The notes: generated by a model from the letters alone, not told the origin. A stretch of DNA of 64,000 nt from Nitrosomonadales bacterium (GCA_016218415.1 JACRED010000031.1:30756-94755); one strand, 5' to 3'. Numbered from the stretch's first letter, positions 1 through 12,142 are shown. Numbers and translations are program-made.

Positions 1-46
1 AATTCGGTAAGGCGAAAAGGGAAATTCGGTACGACGAAAGGCGCGC

Positions 47-75
47 ATTCTAGTGAATTGTGCCTATTTTTGCAA
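47..75 (-). promoter_or_regulatory. sigma70-like promoter pointing out of the left edge of the window (gene outside window, possibly rpsT)
   Basis: Minus strand reads TTGCAA-17 nt-TAGAAT. rpsT is commonly divergent from murJ, so the target gene is inferred. Confidence 0.55.
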
Positions 76-147
76 ATCTTTTTGCGGGGCGGGCGGTTAG
101 GCGGGTTGCAGCGCCCTCTCTCGCGGGATATGGGGTTATACATACAT

Positions 148-173
148 CCGTTCGTCCTGAGCTTGTCGAAGGA
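148..173 (+). repeat. REP-like element CCGTTCGTCCTGAGCTTGTCGAAGGA, outer left boundary of cassette 1
   Basis: Related copies at 40053-40078 and, inverted and interrupted, at 2192-2273. Confidence 0.7.
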
Positions 174-214
174 TCGCCGCGAAGCGGCTGGCGCATTGTG
201 AATTGCGAAAAGAC

Positions 215-485
215 CAAAGTCAAAACCGCCGGGGGTTGCCCGGCAGCAAGTTACCTTCTTTTGCTTCGCCAAAAGAAGGTAACCGAAGAAAAGGCGACCC
301 CGGTTTGCCGCCGCTACGCGGTGCCCTGCGTTGCTCGACTGGTCAGGCGGCTGCGGAACTCGCGCTACGCGCTCAGACAGTCCTCGCCGACATCTCCTGA
401 CCAGCCTGCGCGACTCGGCGGCGCACAGGGGAAGAAAAGCGAAAATCCAAAACCTTAAAATCGGGTGGGCAACAAGTTGCCCACC
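215..485 (+). repeat. ~270 bp structured repeat, left-type copy (L1), ending in palindrome GGTGGGCAAC-AA-GTTGCCCACC
   Basis: Near-identical to 40094-40365. Inverted homologs at 1737-2182 and 41623-41896. Contains multiple hairpins. Confidence 0.95.
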
Positions 486-491
486 ACAATG

Positions 492-527
492 AGTTGGATA
501 GTCAAAACAATTTAACTCCGGCACATT
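492..527 (+). repeat. Inner 36 bp imperfect inverted repeat (left), pairs with 1695-1730
   Basis: AGTTGGATAGTCAAAACAATTTAACTCCGGCACATT versus reverse complement of 1695-1730, AGGTAGATAGCCAAAACAATTCTACTTCGGTACATT. Confidence 0.85.
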
Positions 528-544
528 AGGAGTCGCTCTAATTT

Positions 545-1696
545 TTACTGGTATTTAAAGTAAGTTGCGGCCTCTTCAAGAGATGAGATTACTTCGCACG
601 GAAAGTACTCCGTCAGCTTCAAATGGTGTTGCTTAAGCATAGTGTGAAGAGCTGCCTCAGTGAGGAAGACATTGCAATAACCTACAGCGGCTTCTGCGTG
701 ATGAAAATCAAATAGGTCGTTGCCTACAAGCTTACGTTTCTTGTCCCAGCGAACAGCAGCATGGCATAGTGTCCCTATATGGGAAGTTCGTAGGGCTACC
801 GCCACATCCCTCCGCTTTATTGCGTCACAGAAGTAATTCAAAAGCGCAAGCTCATGTTCTTGCTGTTCAAGTTCCGTATATTCGATAGCCTTTCCAGAGC
901 TACCTGATGCAATTTTTTCTATGACCTCGCGGGCTACAGAAGTTGCAAGTGACAAGCATCCACGAATTTCAGCAGCATAGGTCTGAGAAAAGTTCTTGAT
1001 CCCATCGGCGTGTGCAGCACTCAGAATGTTTAGGCGTTGGGCTAGCGCATCGTAATCGAACAGGGGGGCTGGTGAAGTAGAGAGTTGTTCAATAATTTCG
1101 GCTAATGAGCATTCCCACATATGGTCAAAGAACGCCTTTTGCAAAAGACGCATTTCCGTAGATTCGAATTTATCGTTTACCGGATGTTGGATGCCAAAGA
1201 CGTAGCTGAGCTTTGTCCAGACAAGTGTTTCAAGCGGGTATACGTCGAGTCCCGCCTGCGAGTGGATGAAATGCGCGATTTCTGTAGCAACGCGCTGAGT
1301 GTACGGAATCAGTGTTACGCCACTGCTGAGTTCATCAATAAGCTCGGCGGTCGCCTTGCGTGTGACGAGATCAGTCTGTTTCATCAACTCCATAAATAGC
1401 GACTCACTAATTGGACAAATCGTTTGGTTAGATTTCACCCGACTTCTTAAGCTTGCAAGTAGCGAATATGCAAATTCCGATGAGGTTCGATGAATCAAAG
1501 CATCACGCATAAAAATCCAGTATCGCTTGTCGAGATAGACGCGTTGCTTTGCCATAACTGTTTGGCCGAGAGCAATTTGACGTGAGCGAACGTACTGTTC
1601 AGTGGATACTTCAGGTGAGGCGCGATGTTGATCAAAGCTTGCGCGTAGCTTAGTCTGGTCTATTGTGATTGAAGGAATTGGCATATTGGTTGTCAA
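545..1696 (-). CDS. AT-rich cargo hypothetical protein with PIN-like motifs (start may be ATG at 1684)
   Basis: 383 aa ORF with VYLDKRYW near the N-terminus and NDLFDFHHAEAAVGYCNVFLTE near the C-terminus, resembling the PIN-fold acidic motifs. Base composition is visibly unlike the host genes. Confidence 0.75.
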   Translation of the reverse strand: MTTNMPIPSITIDQTKLRASFDQHRASPEVSTEQYVRSRQIALGQTVMAKQRVYLDKRYWIFMRDALIHRTSSEFAYSLLASLRSRVKSNQTICPISESLFMELMKQTDLVTRKATAELIDELSSGVTLIPYTQRVATEIAHFIHSQAGLDVYPLETLVWTKLSYVFGIQHPVNDKFESTEMRLLQKAFFDHMWECSLAEIIEQLSTSPAPLFDYDALAQRLNILSAAHADGIKNFSQTYAAEIRGCLSLATSVAREVIEKIASGSSGKAIEYTELEQQEHELALLNYFCDAIKRRDVAVALRTSHIGTLCHAAVRWDKKRKLVGNDLFDFHHAEAAVGYCNVFLTEAALHTMLKQHHLKLTEYFPCEVISSLEEAATYFKYQ

Positions 1697-1730
1697 TGTA
1701 CCGAAGTAGAATTGTTTTGGCTATCTACCT
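1695..1730 (-). repeat. Inner 36 bp imperfect inverted repeat (right), cassette 1
   Basis: Reverse-complement match to 492-527. Related motif at 41587-41615. Confidence 0.85.
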
Positions 1731-1835
1731 TAGAAAGGTGGGCAACTTGTTGCCCACCCGTTTCTTTGTTTTTCGCTTTTTATCCCCTGTGTGCCGCCGA
1801 GTAGCACAGGCTGGTCAGGGGATGTCGGCGAGGAC

Positions 1836-1896
1836 TAGATGAAACAACTAGCCATTCGACTAAGCTGGCAAACAACGCCAGCCAAGTCGCTGGTTA
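1836..1896. mobile_element. 61 nt hairpin mini-insertion (TAGATGAAACAACTA...GGTTA)
   Basis: Absent from the homologous site GAGGAC|TGTCTG in the other three repeat copies. Imperfect hairpin; no target duplication. Confidence 0.8.
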
Positions 1897-1970
1897 TGTC
1901 TGAGCGCGTAGCGCGAGTTCCGCAGCCGCCTGACCAGTCGAACAACGCAGGGAACCGCGCAGCGGCGACA

Positions 1971-2030
1971 ACACACTGCGCAGCAGTGTGTTGCGGCGTA
2001 GGCTAACCTTCAGGTTATGCCGAAGCCACA
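1971..2030. mobile_element. 60 nt double-hairpin mini-insertion (second family)
   Basis: Absent from the other copies. Contains CAACACACTGC-GCA-GCAGTGTGTTG and GGCTAACC-TTCA-GGTTATGCC hairpins. ACA appears at both junctions. Confidence 0.75.
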
Positions 2031-2087
2031 AACTGGGGTCGCCTTCTTTTTGGTTACTTTTTCTTTGGCGAAGCAAGAAAAAGTGAC

Positions 2088-2147
2088 TGATGGAACTACT
2101 AGCCATCTGACTAACCCAGCAAACGACGCTGGGTAAGTCATTGGTTA
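2088..2147. mobile_element. 60 nt hairpin mini-insertion (TGATGGAACTACTA...GGTTA)
   Basis: Absent from homologous AAGTGAC|TAGCTG in R2. Same family as 1836-1896. Confidence 0.8.
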
Positions 2148-2191
2148 TAGCTGTCGGGCTACCCCCGACGGTTTTGATCTTGTCATTAATG

Positions 2192-2273
2192 CTTCGACAA
2201 ACTCTGATGGAACTACTAAGTATTGGGCTAAGCACGATACCCCTGTGCTAAGCCACTACTTAACCACGAACGG
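2192..2273 (-). repeat. REP-like element (CTTCGACAAACTC|ACCACGAACGG), inverted partner of 148-173, split by a 58 nt insertion at 2205-2262
   Basis: Removing TGATGGAACTACTA...CTACTTA restores a reverse complement of CCGTTCGTGGTGAGTTTGTCGAAG. Confidence 0.75.
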
Positions 2274-2337
2274 CCATATACGTTCATGCGCAATGTTATG
2301 ATGCGCGGCGTTTTCAGCGAATAGCCCAAAGAACAGC

Positions 2338-3876
2338 ATGAACCTCCTCAAAGCCCTTGCCACGATCAGCAGCCTGACGCTGCTCTCGCGCATCCTCGCG
2401 TTCGTGCGCGATGTGCTGATCGCGCGGGTGTTCGGCGCGGGCATGGCGACGGATGCGTTCTTCGTGGCGTTCAAGCTGCCCAACCTGCTGCGCCGATTGT
2501 TTGCGGAGGGAGCGTTCTCGCAGGCCTTTGTGCCGATCTTCGGCGAATACCGGAACCGGCGCGGGCATGACGAAACCAAGCTGCTGGTGGATCATGTCAC
2601 GACGATGCTGGCGATCATCCTGTTCTTCGTGACGCTGGTCGGCATTATCGCTGCGCCTATTCTTGTGTATATCAGCGCGCCGGGCTTTATTAAGGATGCG
2701 GAGAAGTTCGAGCTGACCGTGCAATTGCTGCGCCTGACCTCGCCTTACATCTTCTTTATCTCGCTGGTGGCGGTGGCGGCGGGCATCCTCAACACTTACA
2801 ACAAATTCTGGGTGCCGGCTTTCGCGCCGGTGCTGCTCAACGTCTGCTTCATTGGCGGCGCGCTGTGGCTGGCGCCGTATTGCGATCCGCCTATCATGGC
2901 GCTGGCCTGGGCGGTGTTCGTCGCGGGCATCGTGCAACTGGCGTTCCAGGTTCCGTTCCTGAAAAAGATCGGCATGCTGCCGGAGATACGTTTCAGCCTG
3001 AAAGACGAGGGCATGTGGCGCGTCATCAGGCAGATGGGCCCGGCGGTGTTCGGCGTGTCCATCGCGCAGATCAGCCTGATCATCAACACGATTTTCGCGT
3101 CGTTCCTCGTGGCGGGCAGCGTGTCCTGGCTGTATTACGCGGATCGGCTGATGGAGTTTCCCTCCGGTTTGCTGGGCGTGGCGCTGGGTTCCATCCTGTT
3201 GCCCTCGCTGTCGAAGTGCCATGCCGACAACAACATGGTGGAATATTCGAAGCTACTGGACTGGGGTTTGCGCTTGACCATCATGCTGACGCTGCCCGCC
3301 GCGCTGGCGCTGGGCATGATCTCGGTGCCGCTGCTGTCCACGTTCTTCCAGCGCGGCGAGTTCCTCGCGCATGACGTGCTGATGACCAGCCACGCGCTGG
3401 TCGGTTACAGCGTCGGTTTGATCGGCATGATACTGGTGAAGATCCTCGCGCCGGGCTTCTACGCGCGGCAGGACATCAGGACGCCGGTGAAGATCGGCCT
3501 CGCCACGCTGGCAGCCACGCAGTTGATGAACCTCGCCTTCGTCGGCTGGATACAGCATGCCGGGCTGGCGCTCGCGATCGGTCTGGGCGCATGTTTCAAC
3601 TCGGCGATCCTGTTCTACTTCCTGCGCAAACGCGGCATCTATCAGCCAGAACCGGGCTGGGCGAAGTTCTCCATCAAGGTGGGTGTCGCGGTCGCGGCAT
3701 TGGCGATCACGCTGTGGTTGGGCATGGGCACGCAGGAAAGCTGGCTGACGGGTTCCGGCTGGTCGCGCGTGCTGCGCCTGTCCGCGCTGGTGGCGGGCGG
3801 TGTGGCGGTGTATTTCGGGGTGCTTGCCGCGCTGGGCTTCAGGCCCGGGGATTTTTCCAAGCGGGCGATACACTGA
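2338..3876 (+). CDS. murJ: Lipid II flippase MurJ (MviN)
   Basis: MNLLKALATISSLTLLSRILAFVRD...PNLLRRLFAEGAFSQAFVP; 512 aa multi-TM protein. Confidence 0.97.
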   Translation: MNLLKALATISSLTLLSRILAFVRDVLIARVFGAGMATDAFFVAFKLPNLLRRLFAEGAFSQAFVPIFGEYRNRRGHDETKLLVDHVTTMLAIILFFVTLVGIIAAPILVYISAPGFIKDAEKFELTVQLLRLTSPYIFFISLVAVAAGILNTYNKFWVPAFAPVLLNVCFIGGALWLAPYCDPPIMALAWAVFVAGIVQLAFQVPFLKKIGMLPEIRFSLKDEGMWRVIRQMGPAVFGVSIAQISLIINTIFASFLVAGSVSWLYYADRLMEFPSGLLGVALGSILLPSLSKCHADNNMVEYSKLLDWGLRLTIMLTLPAALALGMISVPLLSTFFQRGEFLAHDVLMTSHALVGYSVGLIGMILVKILAPGFYARQDIRTPVKIGLATLAATQLMNLAFVGWIQHAGLALAIGLGACFNSAILFYFLRKRGIYQPEPGWAKFSIKVGVAVAALAITLWLGMGTQESWLTGSGWSRVLRLSALVAGGVAVYFGVLAALGFRPGDFSKRAIH

Positions 3877-3912
3877 TGGCGCGCGTGATGAAGCGCGAAG
3901 ATTGACAGATGG

Positions 3913-3947
3913 CAAAAGGCCAGCCGCACGGTTGGCCTTTTTTGTTT
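3913..3947 (+). terminator. Intrinsic terminator after murJ
   Basis: AAAAGGCCAGCCG-CAC-GGTTGGCCTTTT hairpin followed by a T-run. Confidence 0.75.
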
Positions 3948-4104
3948 GTGGACCGCCGGCATCGGGACATGATTTGTACATTATTGATGCGGCGGTTTGA
4001 GTTTATACTGGCGTTTGTTCTGCGGCCCTGTGTCGCGGAAGAGGGATATTCGGGGATGGCGCGACTCGCAATTCAATAACCGGCGCCACCGCAGGGGGAG
4101 ATGC

Positions 4105-8025
<3,921 letters not shown>

Positions 8026-8029
8026 CGAT

Positions 8030-8890
8030 ATGCCTTTGGTCAAATGGAAAAATCACAACACCGAAGATGTCGAGGTGGGACTGATGTTGAACGCGCTCAA
8101 GGAGCGCTACGGCTACGATTTCAGGGGTTATGCGCGCGCCTCCCTGAAGCGGCGCCTGCTGGAGTTGACACGCTATTTCGAGGTGGCGCATTTGTCCGAG
8201 CTGATTCCGGCCATGCTGTACGACGAGGCGGTGGCCCAGACTGTCATCAACAGCATCTCCGTTCCCACTTCCGAATTCTTTCGTGACGCGCTGGTGTGGA
8301 AGATGATACGCCAGCAGGTATTGCCCCAATTGAATACATTCCCATGGATCAATATATGGCAAATCGGTTGCGGCAGGGGGGAGGAGACTTACACCCTGGC
8401 TATCCTGCTGCACGAAGCCGGATTGCTGAAAAAAGCGCGGATATTCACCTCCGACATCAATCCCGCCTTTCTTGAGGAGGCGCGCGCGGGATGCTGGTCG
8501 CGCCGGCGTCTGGAGGGCTGGCGCGAGGGTTACCTGCAGGCGGGCGGTGCGGGCGATTTCGACAGTTATTTCGAGGACAGGGGGGAAGAGGTCGCGATCC
8601 GCCCGGAATTGAAGCATTCCATCGAGTTTGTTCAGCACAATCTGGTCGAGGATGAGGTCTTCAAGGAGGTGCAGTTCGTGGTCTGCCGGAATGTGCTGAT
8701 TTATTTTGCGGACGAGCTGCAGGAACGGGTGCTGCATTTATGCACGCGGAGCATGGAGCGGGGCGGATATCTGCTGCTGGGACGTTCGGAGCGGATCATG
8801 GATTTCGACGAGAAGTATCCGGAACTCGAGGTGCTGGACAGCGATTTCCAGTTGTACCGCAAGGTGGTCGGGGGCGAACGACATGTATAG
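8030..8890 (+). CDS. cheR: CheR-type protein-glutamate methyltransferase
   Basis: YGYDFRGYARASLKRR, EFFRD, GCGRGEETY, VVCRNVLIYF. Confidence 0.9.
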   Translation: MPLVKWKNHNTEDVEVGLMLNALKERYGYDFRGYARASLKRRLLELTRYFEVAHLSELIPAMLYDEAVAQTVINSISVPTSEFFRDALVWKMIRQQVLPQLNTFPWINIWQIGCGRGEETYTLAILLHEAGLLKKARIFTSDINPAFLEEARAGCWSRRRLEGWREGYLQAGGAGDFDSYFEDRGEEVAIRPELKHSIEFVQHNLVEDEVFKEVQFVVCRNVLIYFADELQERVLHLCTRSMERGGYLLLGRSERIMDFDEKYPELEVLDSDFQLYRKVVGGERHV

Positions 8891-9461
8891 GATGCTGGGG
8901 ATAGGGTTTTCGGCTGGCGGATTTCCGCTGATCAAGCGGATTTTGCAGGCATTGCCGAAAGACTACCCCCTGCCGATCGTGATCGTGGCTCATCTGCCGG
9001 GCGGGGAGGTCAGCCATCTTGCCGAAGTGCTCGATACGTTTACCTGCCTGCCTGTCAGAATGGCGGCCGACAAGGAAATCATCGAACGCGGACGGATCTA
9101 CATCGCGCCCCCCGATTACCATCTGCTGATCGAGCGGAACCGGCGCTCGGTGCTTTCTTTTGCGCTTTCCGTGGACGAGCCGGTGCGGTCTGTGCGCCCC
9201 AGCATCGACGTGTTGTTTGAAAGCGCGGCGGAGGTGTTTGAGTCGGATCTGATCGCGCTGTTGCTGAGCGGGGCCAATTCGGACGGCGTGGAAGGCATGG
9301 CTTGCGTCAAGCAGCTGGGCGGGCTGGGCATCGTGCTGGATCCGGGTGAATGCGAATTCAGCGCGATGTCCGATGCGGCGATCCGCCGGGTGGATGTCGA
9401 TTACGTCGCCAGCCTGGACGAGATCATCAGTTTGTTGTTATCGGTGCATGAAGAATCGTGA
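8883..9461 (+). CDS. cheB: Stand-alone CheB methylesterase (no REC domain)
   Basis: GFSAGG, VAHLP, IAPPDYHLL, RPSIDVLFESAA, LSGANSDG; Ser/His/Asp triad motifs present. Confidence 0.9.
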   Translation: MYRMLGIGFSAGGFPLIKRILQALPKDYPLPIVIVAHLPGGEVSHLAEVLDTFTCLPVRMAADKEIIERGRIYIAPPDYHLLIERNRRSVLSFALSVDEPVRSVRPSIDVLFESAAEVFESDLIALLLSGANSDGVEGMACVKQLGGLGIVLDPGECEFSAMSDAAIRRVDVDYVASLDEIISLLLSVHEES

Positions 9462-11566
9462 TTGCCAGACCAAAAATCCTGATCGTCGATGACAATCCCG
9501 CCAATCGTCTCGCGGTGCGAACGATATTGAAAGGGATGGATGCGGAATTGCGCGAGGCGGGGAACGGTTTCGATGCGCTGACCATGTCCATGGAGGAGGA
9601 GTATGCGCTGATCCTGCTGGACGTGCATATGCCCGAGATGGACGGTTTCGAAGTGTGCGAACAGTTGCGCGCCGATCCGCGTACCGCCGAAACCCCGGTC
9701 ATTTTCCTGACGGCGGCCTACAAGGAACTGGCCGACAAGGTGCGCGGCTATGTCGCGGGCGCGACCGATTACCTGGCCAAGCCTATCGAGGATCATATAC
9801 TCAAGGCCAAGGTCCAGGTGTTCCTCAAGCTGTACAACCAGCATTGCCTGCTGCAGGAGAGCAACGACTTCCTGCGCGTCGCGGCAACGGTGTTCGAGTC
9901 GCAGGAGGGCATGCTGGTGACCGATGCGAACAACGTCATCCTGCGCGTCAACAATGCGTTCACGCGCATCACCGGCCATCAGCCCGAGGATGTGATCGGC
10001 AAAAATACCAGAGTGCTCAAATCGGGGCGGCAGAGCGCCTATTTTTATGAGGTGATGTGGGGCGAGCTTGCCCAGAATGGCTATTGGCAGGGCGAGATAT
10101 GGAACTGCCGCAAGAACGGGGAGGAATATCCGTGCTGGCTGACCATCAGCGCCGTCAGCAATTCGGATGGCAAGGTGACCAACTATGTCGGCGCATTTTC
10201 GGACATCACCAGCCATAAACAGGCGGAAGAGAAGATCCATAATCTGGCCTTCTATGACCCCCTCACCGGCCTGCCCAATCGCCGTTTGCTGTTCGACCGG
10301 ATTGCACTGGCGAAAGCATCGAGCGTGCGCAACCGGAACTATGGCGCATTGATGTTTCTGGATCTGGATAATTTCAAGGTGCTTAACGATACGAGAGGTC
10401 ACGAAATGGGTGATCGCCTGCTGGTGGAAGTGGCCAGGAGATTGCAAAACGGGATACGGGAAAGGGATACCATTGCCCGCTTCGGCGGCGACGAATTCGT
10501 GGTGATGCTGGACGATCTGGATGCGGATGAGACCCGTGCCGTATCCCAGGCGGAGGGGGTGGCGGAAAAACTGCTCAGCAGCCTGGCCGAACCCTATCTG
10601 CTGCCCATTTCGGTTCGGGACAGTCAAACCACCATCGAGCATCGCTGTACCGCGAGTATCGGCATCACATTGTTCCATTTCCAGCAGGATTCGATGGAGG
10701 AAATGCTCAAGCGGGCGGATGCGGCTATGTATCAGGCGAAAGCGGCCGGGCGCAATGTGACCCGTTTCTTTGACCCGGCCATGCAGAAAATCGTGCAAAT
10801 GCGTTCCGAAATGGAGGCGCAGCTGCGCAACAGTCTGAGTAACCATGAATTGATCCCGTACTACCAGCTCCAGGTGGATACGGCGGGGAGTCCCATCGGT
10901 GTGGAAGTGCTGCTGCGCTGGAATCAGCCCGAGCGGGGCATGGTGGATCCGGCCGAGTTCATTTCCCTTGCCGAGGATACCGGATACATCGTGCCGATCG
11001 GCTGCTGGGTGCTGGAACATGCCTGCCAGCAGTTGAAGCAATGGCAGGGCAATGCCAGGCTCGGCAAGCTGAGTATGGCGGTGAACGTGAGCGCAAGGCA
11101 ATTCAAGCAGAGCGACTTCGTCGACAGGGTCGGCGCGGCGATCACAAACGCGGGTATTGATCCGGCACGGCTCAAGCTCGAGCTGACCGAGAGCGTGATT
11201 CTTGATAACGTGAACGATGCGGTGGACAAGATGTTCGAGCTCAAAAAGATAGGCGTGAAAATCTCCATGGATGATTTCGGCACGGGCTATTCGTCGCTCT
11301 CATATTTGCAAAGGCTGCCCATCGATGAATTGAAAATCGACCAATCTTTCGTGCAGGATCTGATCGGCAGTGTCAGCAACAAGAATATCGTCAAGACCAT
11401 CATAGGCCTGGCAAACGCGCTGAATATGGGCGTCATCGCCGAAGGGGTGGAAAGCCGGGAGCAGTTCGAATTGCTGAAAGACAAGGGGTGCAAGGGTTTT
11501 CAGGGGTACCTGTTCAGTCTTCCTGTGCCGGTTGCAGAGTTCGAGGCCCTGATTGCCGAGCATTGA
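9458..11566 (+). CDS. REC-PAS-GGDEF-EAL diguanylate cyclase/phosphodiesterase
   Basis: ILIVDD/LLDVHMPEMDG, PAS, RFGGDEF, EVLLRW, DDFGTGYSSLSYL. Confidence 0.93.
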   Translation: MIARPKILIVDDNPANRLAVRTILKGMDAELREAGNGFDALTMSMEEEYALILLDVHMPEMDGFEVCEQLRADPRTAETPVIFLTAAYKELADKVRGYVAGATDYLAKPIEDHILKAKVQVFLKLYNQHCLLQESNDFLRVAATVFESQEGMLVTDANNVILRVNNAFTRITGHQPEDVIGKNTRVLKSGRQSAYFYEVMWGELAQNGYWQGEIWNCRKNGEEYPCWLTISAVSNSDGKVTNYVGAFSDITSHKQAEEKIHNLAFYDPLTGLPNRRLLFDRIALAKASSVRNRNYGALMFLDLDNFKVLNDTRGHEMGDRLLVEVARRLQNGIRERDTIARFGGDEFVVMLDDLDADETRAVSQAEGVAEKLLSSLAEPYLLPISVRDSQTTIEHRCTASIGITLFHFQQDSMEEMLKRADAAMYQAKAAGRNVTRFFDPAMQKIVQMRSEMEAQLRNSLSNHELIPYYQLQVDTAGSPIGVEVLLRWNQPERGMVDPAEFISLAEDTGYIVPIGCWVLEHACQQLKQWQGNARLGKLSMAVNVSARQFKQSDFVDRVGAAITNAGIDPARLKLELTESVILDNVNDAVDKMFELKKIGVKISMDDFGTGYSSLSYLQRLPIDELKIDQSFVQDLIGSVSNKNIVKTIIGLANALNMGVIAEGVESREQFELLKDKGCKGFQGYLFSLPVPVAEFEALIAEH

Positions 11567-11629
11567 GGGTATTCGGCGTCCCGGTCGGCGTGGTGCGGCC
11601 AGGATCCCGTCCGGCTTGTCTGGCGGTAT

Positions 11630-12007
11630 ATGTTGAATAACTTGGTCTGCCGGGTGGACGAGGCTGATTTCGAGCGGCTGGTCGTCGCGCGTTCGCACCA
11701 GATTCCGGTGCTGGTGGATATCAGCGCGGACTGGTGCGCGCCGTGCCGGGTGCTGGCGCCGTTGCTGCACAAGCTGGTTGCTGCCTATGACGGCAAATTC
11801 ATGCTGGGGATGGTCGATGCCGACGAGAACATGAAGATCGCCGGGCGGCACAGGGTGAAAGGTTTCCCCACTGTGGTCGCGTACAGCCACGGCGTGGAGA
11901 TCGACCGTTTCCACAGTGCGCAGACTGAGGGTTTTCTGCGTGCGTTCATCGATCGCGTGATCGAGCGGCACGCAATCGTGGCACAGCAAGCCGCATCCAA
12001 AAGTTAA
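11630..12007 (+). CDS. Thioredoxin-family protein
   Basis: WCAPC motif and FPTV. Confidence 0.85.
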   Translation: MLNNLVCRVDEADFERLVVARSHQIPVLVDISADWCAPCRVLAPLLHKLVAAYDGKFMLGMVDADENMKIAGRHRVKGFPTVVAYSHGVEIDRFHSAQTEGFLRAFIDRVIERHAIVAQQAASKS

Positions 12008-12064
12008 GCCGCGCGGCATCAAACGGTTGCCCACACTGGTTCCGGCGCGGACATGCTTTCCGCA

Positions 12065-12093
12065 TTGATGCCCCCCCGCTAATCCGCTATAAT
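12065..12093 (+). promoter_or_regulatory. sigma70 promoter of carAB
   Basis: TTGATG-17 nt-TATAAT. Confidence 0.7.
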
Positions 12094-12107
12094 GCGCGCC
12101 AATTCAA

Positions 12108-12142
12108 AAGCGGGATGAACACAAAGTTCGTCCCGCTTCTTT
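12108..12142 (+). promoter_or_regulatory. carA leader hairpin (attenuator-like)
   Basis: AAGCGGGATGAAC-ACAAA-GTTCGTCCCGCTT followed by CTTT, between the promoter and the RBS. Confidence 0.6.

Larger units (their letters stand above)
1737..2182 (-). repeat. Structured repeat, right-type copy (R1), expanded by three nested ~60 nt insertions
   Basis: Aligns colinearly with 41623-41896 once 1836-1896, 1971-2030 and 2088-2147 are removed. Confidence 0.93.

Noticed and set aside
60-458. ORFs 60-458, 203-400, 1894-2235, 39828-40388, 40115-40318, 41607-41789 and 41710-41934 sharing peptides such as LLLRQKKVTEEKAT
   Set aside because: These are translations of the repeat element in inconsistent frames, interrupted by insertions. 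Variation follows base pairing, not codons.
215-485. The structured repeat as tRNA, rRNA fragment or riboswitch
   Set aside because: No tRNA/rRNA signatures are recognised. It occurs in both orientations around unrelated genes rather than as a fixed 5' leader.
1836-2262. Possible CRISPR array or integron attC array
   Set aside because: The units are irregularly spaced and separated by pieces of another repeat rather than by unique spacers or genes. There is no cas or intI, and the canonical RYYYAAC/GTTRRRY ends are not properly matched.
3997-4104. N-terminal extensions in the ORF track (kinase, clpA, icd, usp, bamE, PCD, cytochrome c, ankyrin)
   Set aside because: They overlap neighbouring genes or lack an RBS. 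Downstream starts match family N-termini.
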